Part shown: positions 48,200-56,061 of the stretch, piece after piece
How positions within the stretch are numbered: the stretch's first letter is position 1
Layout: each line of letters opens with the position of its first letter
IMG/VR virus record: IMGVR_UViG_3300034105_002232
Strand: one strand, 5' to 3'
DNA length: 64,000 nucleotides
Source: a virus
Program-made: the position numbers and the translations under genes
Notes under the pieces: model-generated
Databases searched by the model: none
What the model was told of the DNA's origin: nothing
The model's input: the letters and a program-made list of their open reading frames with translations, nothing else

Positions 48200-48865
48200 G
48201 TGCGGTAAAAGAAATTCTGCCCATTTTCTATGAGCATCCGCATCAAAATGGTAACTTGGTTTGGATTGAAATCCCGAATTGGTTAACCATTTGTAATAGG
48301 TCAAGTCAGGATCGTATGGGCCAAGATAGTTATTAAACCAGTCAGCTGGCGACTGCCGAAAGTAATTGTAAGTATTAAAAAACAAATGTGGGATTTTAAG
48401 ATCCAATAATTCGGTATGTAGCTCGTATATATCTTTATGAGCCTGTTGTTCGGCCAACTCCCAATCTAAATTAACTATATATTCTTTGTATCGCTCTTTT
48501 ACAGGATCTGGCCAATCATGTCCAACTCCACCGGCATTGACTTGCCAATACACATTCTCGTGCAACCATTCTTCACGTTCCCAAGTACTCCACCCAATAA
48601 TAACAGCATCTGGTGTGCCTTCGTTACGAATATATTCGCGTGTGGTTCTTATTATCCTATTGTTTGAACTGGCTGATTCTGCATCGCAATGCAAAACAGC
48701 AGATAACTCATTGGCAATATTGCAGCCATAACTGACTTTTAGATTGTCTGGGTGCGACTGCCTGCCAAGCCCGTGATATAACCTGTCGTCTTTGGCAAAG
48801 CAGTAATCATTGACAGCTTCTGCGCCTGCGCTATGGCTATCACCGTTTACATATAGTATTGTCAC
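48182..48865 (-). CDS. SGNH/GDSL-like protein
   Basis: YVNGDSH, SASSN..IIR, YHF..DAH..WA. Confidence 0.6.
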   Translation of the reverse strand: MTILYVNGDSHSAGAEAVNDYCFAKDDRLYHGLGRQSHPDNLKVSYGCNIANELSAVLHCDAESASSNNRIIRTTREYIRNEGTPDAVIIGWSTWEREEWLHENVYWQVNAGGVGHDWPDPVKERYKEYIVNLDWELAEQQAHKDIYELHTELLDLKIPHLFFNTYNYFRQSPADWFNNYLGPYDPDLTYYKWLTNSGFQSKPSYHFDADAHRKWAEFLLPHLTQLL

Positions 48866-49257
48866 GATACTTCGGTCCTTCCGCCGCCTAGATCCCGGCG
48901 ATCCACCATTCTGGGTCTTGACTCAACTGGTTGATTGGCTTCCCATTGTTCATAATTTTCTGCAATGATGTTTTTACACACAGTTTGAAACCAACGATCC
49001 ACAATATCTGCATCGGTATCATCTTTTTTCATTTGGAATCCGGCCTTGACCAATCTGGCAACAAACACATCGTTCCAGTCCAACTCAAACGCACCGTTGC
49101 CCACATCATCGGGGTCTAACTCCACACTAATCACATTCACATATGGTTCCTTGGCTTCAGTGGCCAGTTCCTTGGCTGTCTTTGCCTTGGGCTTGACTAT
49201 TTTTGGTTTTTCTTCCAAAGGTTGTTTTGTAAACTTGCGCTTTAAATAATCAAACAT
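48862..49257 (-). CDS. Hypothetical protein
   Basis: GAFELDWN..FV..L..AG, IVDRWF..VC. Confidence 0.7.
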   Translation of the reverse strand: MFDYLKRKFTKQPLEEKPKIVKPKAKTAKELATEAKEPYVNVISVELDPDDVGNGAFELDWNDVFVARLVKAGFQMKKDDTDADIVDRWFQTVCKNIIAENYEQWEANQPVESRPRMVDRRDLGGGRTEVS

Positions 49258-49268
49258 TGTGTTGCCCT

Positions 49269-50363
49269 TTAAAATAGGTCTACCGCTTCCCACGGAAGGT
49301 CTGCCTTGCCAAAATGTCCGTAGTTGGTGGTACTGCTGTAAATTGGTCTAAATAGATCAAACCGATTGATAATGCCACGTGGTGTTAGATCCACGTTGTC
49401 TTGGATCCAGGTGGTCAATGCCGCACTATCACCATCACTTTCTACATAAAAGCTCATGGGCTTCTCAATGCCAATGGCATAACTGATTTGCACAGTGGCC
49501 CATGTTGCTTGTCCACTGGCCACAATGTTCTTGGCAAGATACCGCATCATGTAAGCTGCACTACGATCTACTTTGGTAGGATCCTTGCCAGAGAAGGCGC
49601 CACCGCCGTGTGGTGCATATCCGCCATACGTGTCAACAATGATCTTGCGCCCAGTTAGTCCGGTATCACCATCCGGACCTCCAATCACAAAACGTCCAGT
49701 TGGATTGATATAAAATTCCGTATTGGCATCAATGTATTTTTCTGGTAGCAGACTGCGGATTATAAGTTCAATGGTACTGCGTACAGTATCAATGCCAACT
49801 GATTCGCTGTGTTGAGTACTGCATACTACCTTGGTAATACGTACCGGTTTGTTGTTAGCATCGTACTCAAATGTAACTTGGCTCTTGGCATCTGGGCCAA
49901 GCCAGGCCACTAAAAGATTCTTACGTATACTAGTCAATGCTTCCACAATTCTGTGACTCCAATAAATTGCACTGGGCATGTAATTATCAGTTTCGTTGCA
50001 AGCATATCCAAACATAAGACCTTGATCTCCTGCACCAAACGTGTCTGTACCTAGTGCAATATCTGCACTTTGTGCATGCAACAGATTGGTAATCTCAACG
50101 GTCCGCCAATCAAAACCTGATTGTTCGTACCCAATGTCTTTGATAACTCGACGAACAGCACTTTCGACTTCTTCCTTGTGTAAAACACCCTTGAATTCAC
50201 CTGCCACAACAACTCTGTTGGTAGTAACCAGCGTTTCGCATGCACATCTCAGTGCAGGGTTTTGTTCGCGCATTACAAGATCCAGTACTGCATCTGAGAT
50301 AGCATCTGCTACCTTGTCTGGATGTCCTTCTGATACTGATTCACTGGTAAAAAGATATGTCAT
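49269..50363 (-). CDS. metK: S-adenosylmethionine synthetase
   Basis: [72 protein letters not shown]. Confidence 0.97.
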   Translation of the reverse strand: MTYLFTSESVSEGHPDKVADAISDAVLDLVMREQNPALRCACETLVTTNRVVVAGEFKGVLHKEEVESAVRRVIKDIGYEQSGFDWRTVEITNLLHAQSADIALGTDTFGAGDQGLMFGYACNETDNYMPSAIYWSHRIVEALTSIRKNLLVAWLGPDAKSQVTFEYDANNKPVRITKVVCSTQHSESVGIDTVRSTIELIIRSLLPEKYIDANTEFYINPTGRFVIGGPDGDTGLTGRKIIVDTYGGYAPHGGGAFSGKDPTKVDRSAAYMMRYLAKNIVASGQATWATVQISYAIGIEKPMSFYVESDGDSAALTTWIQDNVDLTPRGIINRFDLFRPIYSSTTNYGHFGKADLPWEAVDLF

Positions 50364-50379
50364 TTGCTTCCTTGAAAAA

Positions 50380-50583
50380 TTATTCTTTGCCCCATTTGAT
50401 CTTGAGCCAAATTCGTTCGTGTATGTAATAGTCTACGCTTAACAACAGATGTAACACCGTGGCAAATCCTGCTGCAGATCCGAAGTCTCCAGTGAACAGG
50501 TATGTCCAGAAGATAGTAAACAGCCAGGCAGTTAGCCTGTAAGTAAGCATTCGTACTACGGTTCTTTTTCGTGTTTCTGTCAT
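50380..50583 (-). CDS. DUF2061-like small membrane protein
   Basis: ETRKRT...TYR...YY.HERIW.KIKWG. Confidence 0.75.
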   Translation of the reverse strand: MTETRKRTVVRMLTYRLTAWLFTIFWTYLFTGDFGSAAGFATVLHLLLSVDYYIHERIWLKIKWGKE

Positions 50584-51434
50584 TAGGTCCCCCATTCATT
50601 TTTAAATAGTGGTACTTGCAATCTATCACTATATCTTAGGCCATGTTGCATGGCCAATTCTGCCACTCTGCGATTGTTTAGACTGTACACACTCTCAACA
50701 CCACCAACAGGCATTAGATACACAGGACCTGTGAATCCCGCTTGTCTATAGGCCTGCACAGTCCATACAGCTTCTTCAACATCGGCCTCTGTGGCTACTA
50801 CCAATTTGAGATAGGTATGTCCGTATTTTTCATAATTGCACACAATATCAGGCCGAATAGCTTCGTCTCTACTTTCTCCCGAGCAACTTAGCTTGGTACT
50901 GACACTAAAAGTCACTTCACGTTTGACGCCACTGGCAAATTCCCACTTGGTCAAATACTGTGCAAACTCAGTTGACAGTTCTTGAGTACCATTTGTTTCA
51001 AATGTAATCTCTTTGAGCGTGGCCATTTCTGGTTGTTCTAGCAAGTCGGGATATGCACGTTGCCACCCCAGCAGCGGTTCACCACCTGTGATCACAAGAT
51101 GTTCGTCTCTCCACTCTTTGAATGGCAAGGTCTCTACAATAGACTTGGCAATCACATCAGTATCGTATGTGGCGGAAAGATCTTTGAATCTTGGATCCCA
51201 AGACGCATAACTGTCACATCCTGTACTCACTAACGGTAGTTCGTGATAGAATTTAAAGTCTGCAACACGATCAGCAATGGCCTCTACTTCAGTGCTGGCC
51301 TGACCAGCAGGCATACCAAAGCCGGCGCATTTGAAGTTGCATCCAAATGTTCTCAAGAACACACTAGGCACACCCATATAACGGCCTTCACCTTGGATAC
51401 TGTAAAACAATTCTGCTATCTTGAGTTTACTCAT
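50583..51434 (-). CDS. queE: 7-carboxy-7-deazaguanine synthase (radical SAM)
   Basis: ELFYSIQGEG..G.PSVFLRTFGCNFKC...(insert)...CDS, VITGGEP, ETNGT, RLQV. Confidence 0.9.
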   Translation of the reverse strand: MSKLKIAELFYSIQGEGRYMGVPSVFLRTFGCNFKCAGFGMPAGQASTEVEAIADRVADFKFYHELPLVSTGCDSYASWDPRFKDLSATYDTDVIAKSIVETLPFKEWRDEHLVITGGEPLLGWQRAYPDLLEQPEMATLKEITFETNGTQELSTEFAQYLTKWEFASGVKREVTFSVSTKLSCSGESRDEAIRPDIVCNYEKYGHTYLKLVVATEADVEEAVWTVQAYRQAGFTGPVYLMPVGGVESVYSLNNRRVAELAMQHGLRYSDRLQVPLFKNEWGT

Positions 51435-51934
51435 ACAAACAAGTCCTCGTTCCATTCACGATGGCCTTCTCTAAAAGCCATGTTGCTTTGTGTTTCGCGC
51501 ACTTCTACTCGGTAGCACCACAATCGTTCTGCTTCTGATTGCCCCCACATGTCAGGGATGTACACTCCATTAACATATTTGTAAAGTTGGTCAGCCAGGC
51601 CTTCGCAACCTAATCTAGGTAGTATGGTCAGCTTGGCTAGCTTGCGCCGTTCCATTTCTTTGTAGAACTCCAGCTCAGGATCATCCTCAGCTACCAGCAG
51701 GGTATGATCAAACTGGCTTTCGAGTACGCTTTTGAGTTCTTTAAGCCCACCATAATCAGCAGCCCAGTTGCGGGCATCAAGATTATTAGTACCAAAATAA
51801 AACTTCATGCTAAAACTATAACCGTGAATCAGGTTGCAATGGCTATCGGCTCGCCATTGACGGTATGCTACCGGAAAGGCATTGTGATACTCTTTGGTAC
51901 TGGTAAATTTGTATTGTACTGGTTGTAGTGTCAT
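51431..51934 (-). CDS. queD: 6-carboxy-5,6,7,8-tetrahydropterin synthase
   Basis: SHCNLIHGYS, DYGGLK, FDHTLL, GCE, VEVRET; adjacent to queE. Confidence 0.88.
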   Translation of the reverse strand: MTLQPVQYKFTSTKEYHNAFPVAYRQWRADSHCNLIHGYSFSMKFYFGTNNLDARNWAADYGGLKELKSVLESQFDHTLLVAEDDPELEFYKEMERRKLAKLTILPRLGCEGLADQLYKYVNGVYIPDMWGQSEAERLWCYRVEVRETQSNMAFREGHREWNEDLFV

Positions 51935-51941
51935 TGTATTG

Positions 51942-52017
51942 CTCCTATGTGTAATAATAACATAGGCTGTAGAATTTGTAAAGCGGGATAAAGCCAGAAA
52001 GGCCGCTGTGTAGAATT
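51942..52017 (-). ncRNA. Candidate structured cis-regulatory leader (preQ1-I-like pseudoknot plus anti-SD hairpin) with nested promoter
   Basis: Sense strand: AGCGG..GGCT..ATC-CCGCT, A-rich linker, AGCC, then CCTATGT/ACATAGG hairpin masking AGGAG; TTTACA-17-TATTAT lies inside. Confidence 0.45.
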
Positions 52018-52021
52018 ATAT

Positions 52022-53509
52022 TTATGTTTGTTTTAGTAACATATATCTATTTTGTGGATTTTTAAAACTTACAAAACTCTGTTCAATTGAGGACAGTGAA
52101 AAACCAGCATTCCATAATGGCCAGCTGTATTTAATACCTTCTTCCATAATTCTCAGATGGCGGCGGACTCGTTCTTTAAAGTCAAACTCTGGTCTTGCAG
52201 GATCTAACCAAAATTTTGTATTCATATGCCCGGTAGCTGCGTCTTGTTGAAAAACAAAATTTTTATTAATTGCAATTGACTCTAAATGTGTATCGGGCAA
52301 CACACTTAATAGATTTAAAGTTTCGACCCCAATAATAGTACCACTTGCAACATATTTTTGCCATCTAGAAAACATTTGTAATGTCTCATTATAATCTTCA
52401 ATGGTTTCAGATATGTATCCTGTAAAGAATAAAAAAAGAATCTCGATGCCATGTTTTTGAAAATTTTCTAAATAAAATTCAATGTCATCATTGGTAAATT
52501 TTTTACCAATTTCAAATCTAATCCGATCACACCCAGATTCAATACCAGCATATAATCGTTTTCCTCCTCCTTCTTTGATCAAATCAAAATGATCTTTTGG
52601 AGTAGTTTCCTTGGATCGTATTATATATTGTCCGGACCACGATATTGGTGTGTGAAATCTATAATTAGCTAAAGTATTGCACATGTCGTTAAATGCCTTA
52701 AAACTGCCGTTTATTAGACTGTCTGCAAAGTAAAAATCAGTAACTCCGTATGTTTCGTAATGTTGTATAATTTCGCTAGCAATGTTCTGACCTGATCTAA
52801 ATTGATATTTGGGAGTTGTTACTCTAACGTCACAGAACGTACAATCTCTAACACATCCTCTGCTGCCAATAATATTAAATTCTAATTTGTTTTCATCGTT
52901 ACGATACGCTGTTAAGTCATAGTATGAATAATCCGGAAACGGATACTGATCCAAATTAGTTATCTGTACAAAGTCCAAATTTCCTATACCTGGACCTGAG
53001 CTATGCTTGAAATATTGTATTAGCGATTCTTCGGCCTCGCCTACAATATACTCATCAATTAGATTATTGTCTTTAAGAATAGTACCATAAGTTTTACTAT
53101 TTCCAATTACTCTTTTAATTCCTGCACCACCAATTATAATTTTAGCCTTGGATTTTTTCCTAATGCTTGGTAATAGAATATTAGTAAATGATTGTGCCAG
53201 ATATGAAAATAAACTAACTATAATGTAATCAAAACTACTAACTTGAATCTGATCTAGATAATTTAGTAACCATTGATTAATTATTTCTTTTTGGTCTGCG
53301 GAATAATCAGACACCATCTCGTAAAAAACATCGTCAAAAAAAGAATCAGGTTTATTGATATTTCTTAAATATTCACGTAAGTGTATATTCATATCTTTGG
53401 CCGAGACATCGTGCCCAATACTAGCACAGAGACTCGCTAATATTGCGCCACTTAACGGAGGCCGTAGATGATCAAGAGGCGGCACATGTAATATTAACGT
53501 CTTAATCAT
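52022..53509 (-). CDS. B12-binding radical SAM protein (class B methyltransferase-like), AT-rich
   Basis: PPL..AILAS, KIIIGGAG, VGEAE, P.PDY, SRGCVRDCTFC, FADSLING, GIESG. Confidence 0.88.
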   Translation of the reverse strand: MIKTLILHVPPLDHLRPPLSGAILASLCASIGHDVSAKDMNIHLREYLRNINKPDSFFDDVFYEMVSDYSADQKEIINQWLLNYLDQIQVSSFDYIIVSLFSYLAQSFTNILLPSIRKKSKAKIIIGGAGIKRVIGNSKTYGTILKDNNLIDEYIVGEAEESLIQYFKHSSGPGIGNLDFVQITNLDQYPFPDYSYYDLTAYRNDENKLEFNIIGSRGCVRDCTFCDVRVTTPKYQFRSGQNIASEIIQHYETYGVTDFYFADSLINGSFKAFNDMCNTLANYRFHTPISWSGQYIIRSKETTPKDHFDLIKEGGGKRLYAGIESGCDRIRFEIGKKFTNDDIEFYLENFQKHGIEILFLFFTGYISETIEDYNETLQMFSRWQKYVASGTIIGVETLNLLSVLPDTHLESIAINKNFVFQQDAATGHMNTKFWLDPARPEFDFKERVRRHLRIMEEGIKYSWPLWNAGFSLSSIEQSFVSFKNPQNRYMLLKQT

Positions 53510-54038
53510 CTAATGTTTTTTTTATTTGGGCAATCTTATTTGATATTGTTTGGTGATCAAATTTATCACGACCGCTATATGTCTGAGATGTCAACACATG
53601 ATTTTTTATAAACTTCTCCTGTATGATCCAATTTAAAACTGGGTTAGTAACAGCAATTTTGATGGTACCATTTGTATAAAATCCCTTGGTGTTAAAAAGA
53701 CCAACCTTGTGGTCAATCATAATTGGAAGATTTCTAATCCAGACTTCCTCCATTGATATGTCGTTTATTTTAAAATTGTTAAACACAACGGATTTATCAG
53801 CAAGAATGTTTCTATCCAAATCTAGCACAGTGTCCCAAACACCATCCTGACCAAATTTTTTGCCTATGCCAGAAATTTCAATTAAGTAGCTGTTTGATTC
53901 TGGTGCAACAACGCTTAAAATTTGATTACCTTGAATTTCTCCGTTAAAATGTAGCATATTGTTTATTTTTATATTTAACGTAGGCCAAGATGCTCCCTGA
54001 TTGCCGGTAACATCAAGCAGTAGGGTTAATGCCACCAT
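53502..54038 (-). CDS. Hypothetical AT-rich protein
   Basis: 178 aa, coupled to the B12 radical SAM gene. Confidence 0.6.
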   Translation of the reverse strand: MVALTLLLDVTGNQGASWPTLNIKINNMLHFNGEIQGNQILSVVAPESNSYLIEISGIGKKFGQDGVWDTVLDLDRNILADKSVVFNNFKINDISMEEVWIRNLPIMIDHKVGLFNTKGFYTNGTIKIAVTNPVLNWIIQEKFIKNHVLTSQTYSGRDKFDHQTISNKIAQIKKTLDD

Positions 54039-54577
54039 GACTCGTACGGGAACTCAATCCATACGTCCTGTTCGGATTTGTTGATCTCTTCGCCAACATA
54101 GCTGGTACTGATGTTGGATTCGCTAGCAAGATTATCATACAGCACAGCAAATCGCACATTGTTGCCCCAAACATGTTCCCAGTCTGGATCAGCTGGCAAA
54201 CAACTGCCTTGCCAATCTTGCATGATCCAGTTGATAGTAGCGCCGCTGTCATTGATATCATCAACAATTAATATTTTTTTAGCAAATGTAGGGTCGCTAC
54301 GCTTGCTAATACCTTCACGGAACGGACCTTCGGGTATGTATCCAAATGCATCCTCGGCCATCCAGCAGTTGCTTTCGCACTGCCCGCCATCACGTAAACT
54401 GACCTTGAGCATTTCGCAAGGGACGTCAAAGTAATGACTAATCATCACAGCAGGAACAGCGCCGCCACGAGTGATGCCCACAACATAATCGGGGCGCCAA
54501 TCATCAACAGCAATGTCTCTACAAATTTTACCCACAAGCCCAGTTAACGCTTTATTAGTGACAATTAATTTATTCAT
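54026..54577 (-). CDS. Type I phosphoribosyltransferase (xanthine-guanine PRT-like)
   Basis: VVGITRGGAVPA, ILIVDDINDSGAT PRPP motif, WIEFPYE. Confidence 0.88.
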   Translation of the reverse strand: MNKLIVTNKALTGLVGKICRDIAVDDWRPDYVVGITRGGAVPAVMISHYFDVPCEMLKVSLRDGGQCESNCWMAEDAFGYIPEGPFREGISKRSDPTFAKKILIVDDINDSGATINWIMQDWQGSCLPADPDWEHVWGNNVRFAVLYDNLASESNISTSYVGEEINKSEQDVWIEFPYESWWH

Positions 54578-54765
54578 TAGTCACGTTCCATTTCAGCTGC
54601 TTCCTTGATGAGGGCTGTCAGTTCCGCAAAGTCCTTGCAAAGAACTTTGGCAGTAACCCATTCTTCGTTGCTGTTGCGTCCACCAACTTCAACCATGTAG
54701 CCATTGTCATACATGTAGACAGTGAAGTGGTCGTTACATTTTGTTAGTTTATTGTTGAGTTTCAT
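54577..54765 (-). CDS. Hypothetical protein
   Basis: 62 aa; SD GGAG; YDNGYMVEVGGR. Confidence 0.7.
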   Translation of the reverse strand: MKLNNKLTKCNDHFTVYMYDNGYMVEVGGRNSNEEWVTAKVLCKDFAELTALIKEAAEMERD

Positions 54766-54783
54766 TGCATCTCCGTGATTGAT

Positions 54784-55086
54784 TTATTTCTTCCAAAATT
54801 TGGCCTTGTCTAAAGCGGTTTTCTTTGGTTCTGATTTTTGCGGTGGCTCGGGTTCAGGTGGTGTTGTTCGAACAGGCAAATCTGATTTAAGCATGTTTTT
54901 GATCAACAGCACTGTTCTTTCTAATTCCTTGTCGGCTATTACTTTGATAGCCAATAATTTACTATCGTAATTGTTTGCACCATCAAGCAAGCCGGCTGGT
55001 ACTTTCATTGTTTTTTTTGGTTTAAGTGAGTCTAGTTGTTTCTTTAATGCTGCTGCGTCATTGTTATTATTATTTTCGTCGGACAC
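54784..55086 (-). CDS. Hypothetical protein
   Basis: GTG start with SD AGGA. Confidence 0.6.
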   Translation of the reverse strand: MSDENNNNNDAAALKKQLDSLKPKKTMKVPAGLLDGANNYDSKLLAIKVIADKELERTVLLIKNMLKSDLPVRTTPPEPEPPQKSEPKKTALDKAKFWKK

Positions 55087-55121
55087 TTTATTTTCCTATC
55101 AAACTAGATAGGACAAATATC

Positions 55122-55931
55122 CTATCTAGGTGCAAACTCCTGTTGCAATTTAATGTTGTCGAAGAATTCCTTCTTAACACTGGAGTCGGTTTTAAACGCA
55201 CCCTGAAGAACTGTAGTTTGTGTCAAACTACTATGTGCCATAATGCCACGGTTTTCACAACACCCGTGCGTTGCTTGAATATAAACTGCAACATTCTCAC
55301 TGCCTGTTGCTGACATAATTTCTCGAGCAATATCATTACATAGCTCTTCTTGCAACGTACCTCGCCTAGCACACCATTGTGCTATACGTGTATATTTACT
55401 CAAGCCAATTAATTTTTGGGCTGCAATGATACCAATATAGGCAACTCCAGCCACTGGCTGGTGATGGTGGCTGCACATGCTGCGTAACTCACTGCGTACA
55501 ACCAGCATACCGTCGTAACGATCTGCACTATCATTGGGAAAAGCCGTTGCTTCGGGTGCAGTTTCGTACCTGCCTGCCATTATTTCGTTAAAATACATCT
55601 TGGCAAGTCTACGTGCGGTGCCTTGGCTGTTGGGATCTGTTTCGCGATCAATTAGTAATGCATCTAATACCCCCTCAAATGCTTCTGTGGCTTCATTGAT
55701 CAAATGTTCGCGATCTGAATTGGCCACATAGTCGCTGATGTTGTCGCCTGCCCAGAAGCGTTTGTTGTCAGCTCGCATTCGTTCACGTAGGGCAGCACTC
55801 AGCAGTTTTTCTTTTTTAACACCAGGTTGGTCTACTGCACGAACGTACAATGGTGATGGTACTACTAAAGGTACAAACTCTGTTGGTGGTGGTTGATTTA
55901 ATACTGGATCTGGGGTAAATTCTGTTGTCAA
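55122..55931 (-). CDS. folE: GTP cyclohydrolase I
   Basis: GTARRLAKMY, SMCSHHHQP, IGLSKY.RI, LQEEL, HGCCENRG; probable TTG start at 55931 after SD GGAG. Confidence 0.95.
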   Translation of the reverse strand: MTTEFTPDPVLNQPPPTEFVPLVVPSPLYVRAVDQPGVKKEKLLSAALRERMRADNKRFWAGDNISDYVANSDREHLINEATEAFEGVLDALLIDRETDPNSQGTARRLAKMYFNEIMAGRYETAPEATAFPNDSADRYDGMLVVRSELRSMCSHHHQPVAGVAYIGIIAAQKLIGLSKYTRIAQWCARRGTLQEELCNDIAREIMSATGSENVAVYIQATHGCCENRGIMAHSSLTQTTVLQGAFKTDSSVKKEFFDNIKLQQEFAPR

Positions 55932-55967
55932 TTGTGTTCTCCGAGTTAAGGACGTGGATGTCAAAGT

Positions 55968-56058
55968 ATTAATATCTCTTGAGATATTAATTTAGATTTT
56001 ATCTTATTAGTAAATTCTGTATTGTTTATATTTTAGCAGTATTCACTAATAAGAGCAA
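55968..56058 (-). promoter_or_regulatory. folE upstream region: promoter TTGCTC-17-TAAAAT inside an inverted repeat, plus an 11-bp perfect inverted repeat
   Basis: Arms TCTTATTAGT (56002-56011) and ACTAATAAGA (56045-56054); ATTAATATCTC-TT-GAGATATTAAT at 55968-55991. Confidence 0.55.
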
Positions 56059-56061
56059 AAA

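Noticed and set aside
50364-50400. SAM riboswitch upstream of metK
   Set aside because: Only 16 nt separate metK from the upstream gene, too little room.
55932-56061. THF-II (folE motif) riboswitch
   Set aside because: I could not match the long single-hairpin consensus; only short hairpins and promoter-like elements are present.
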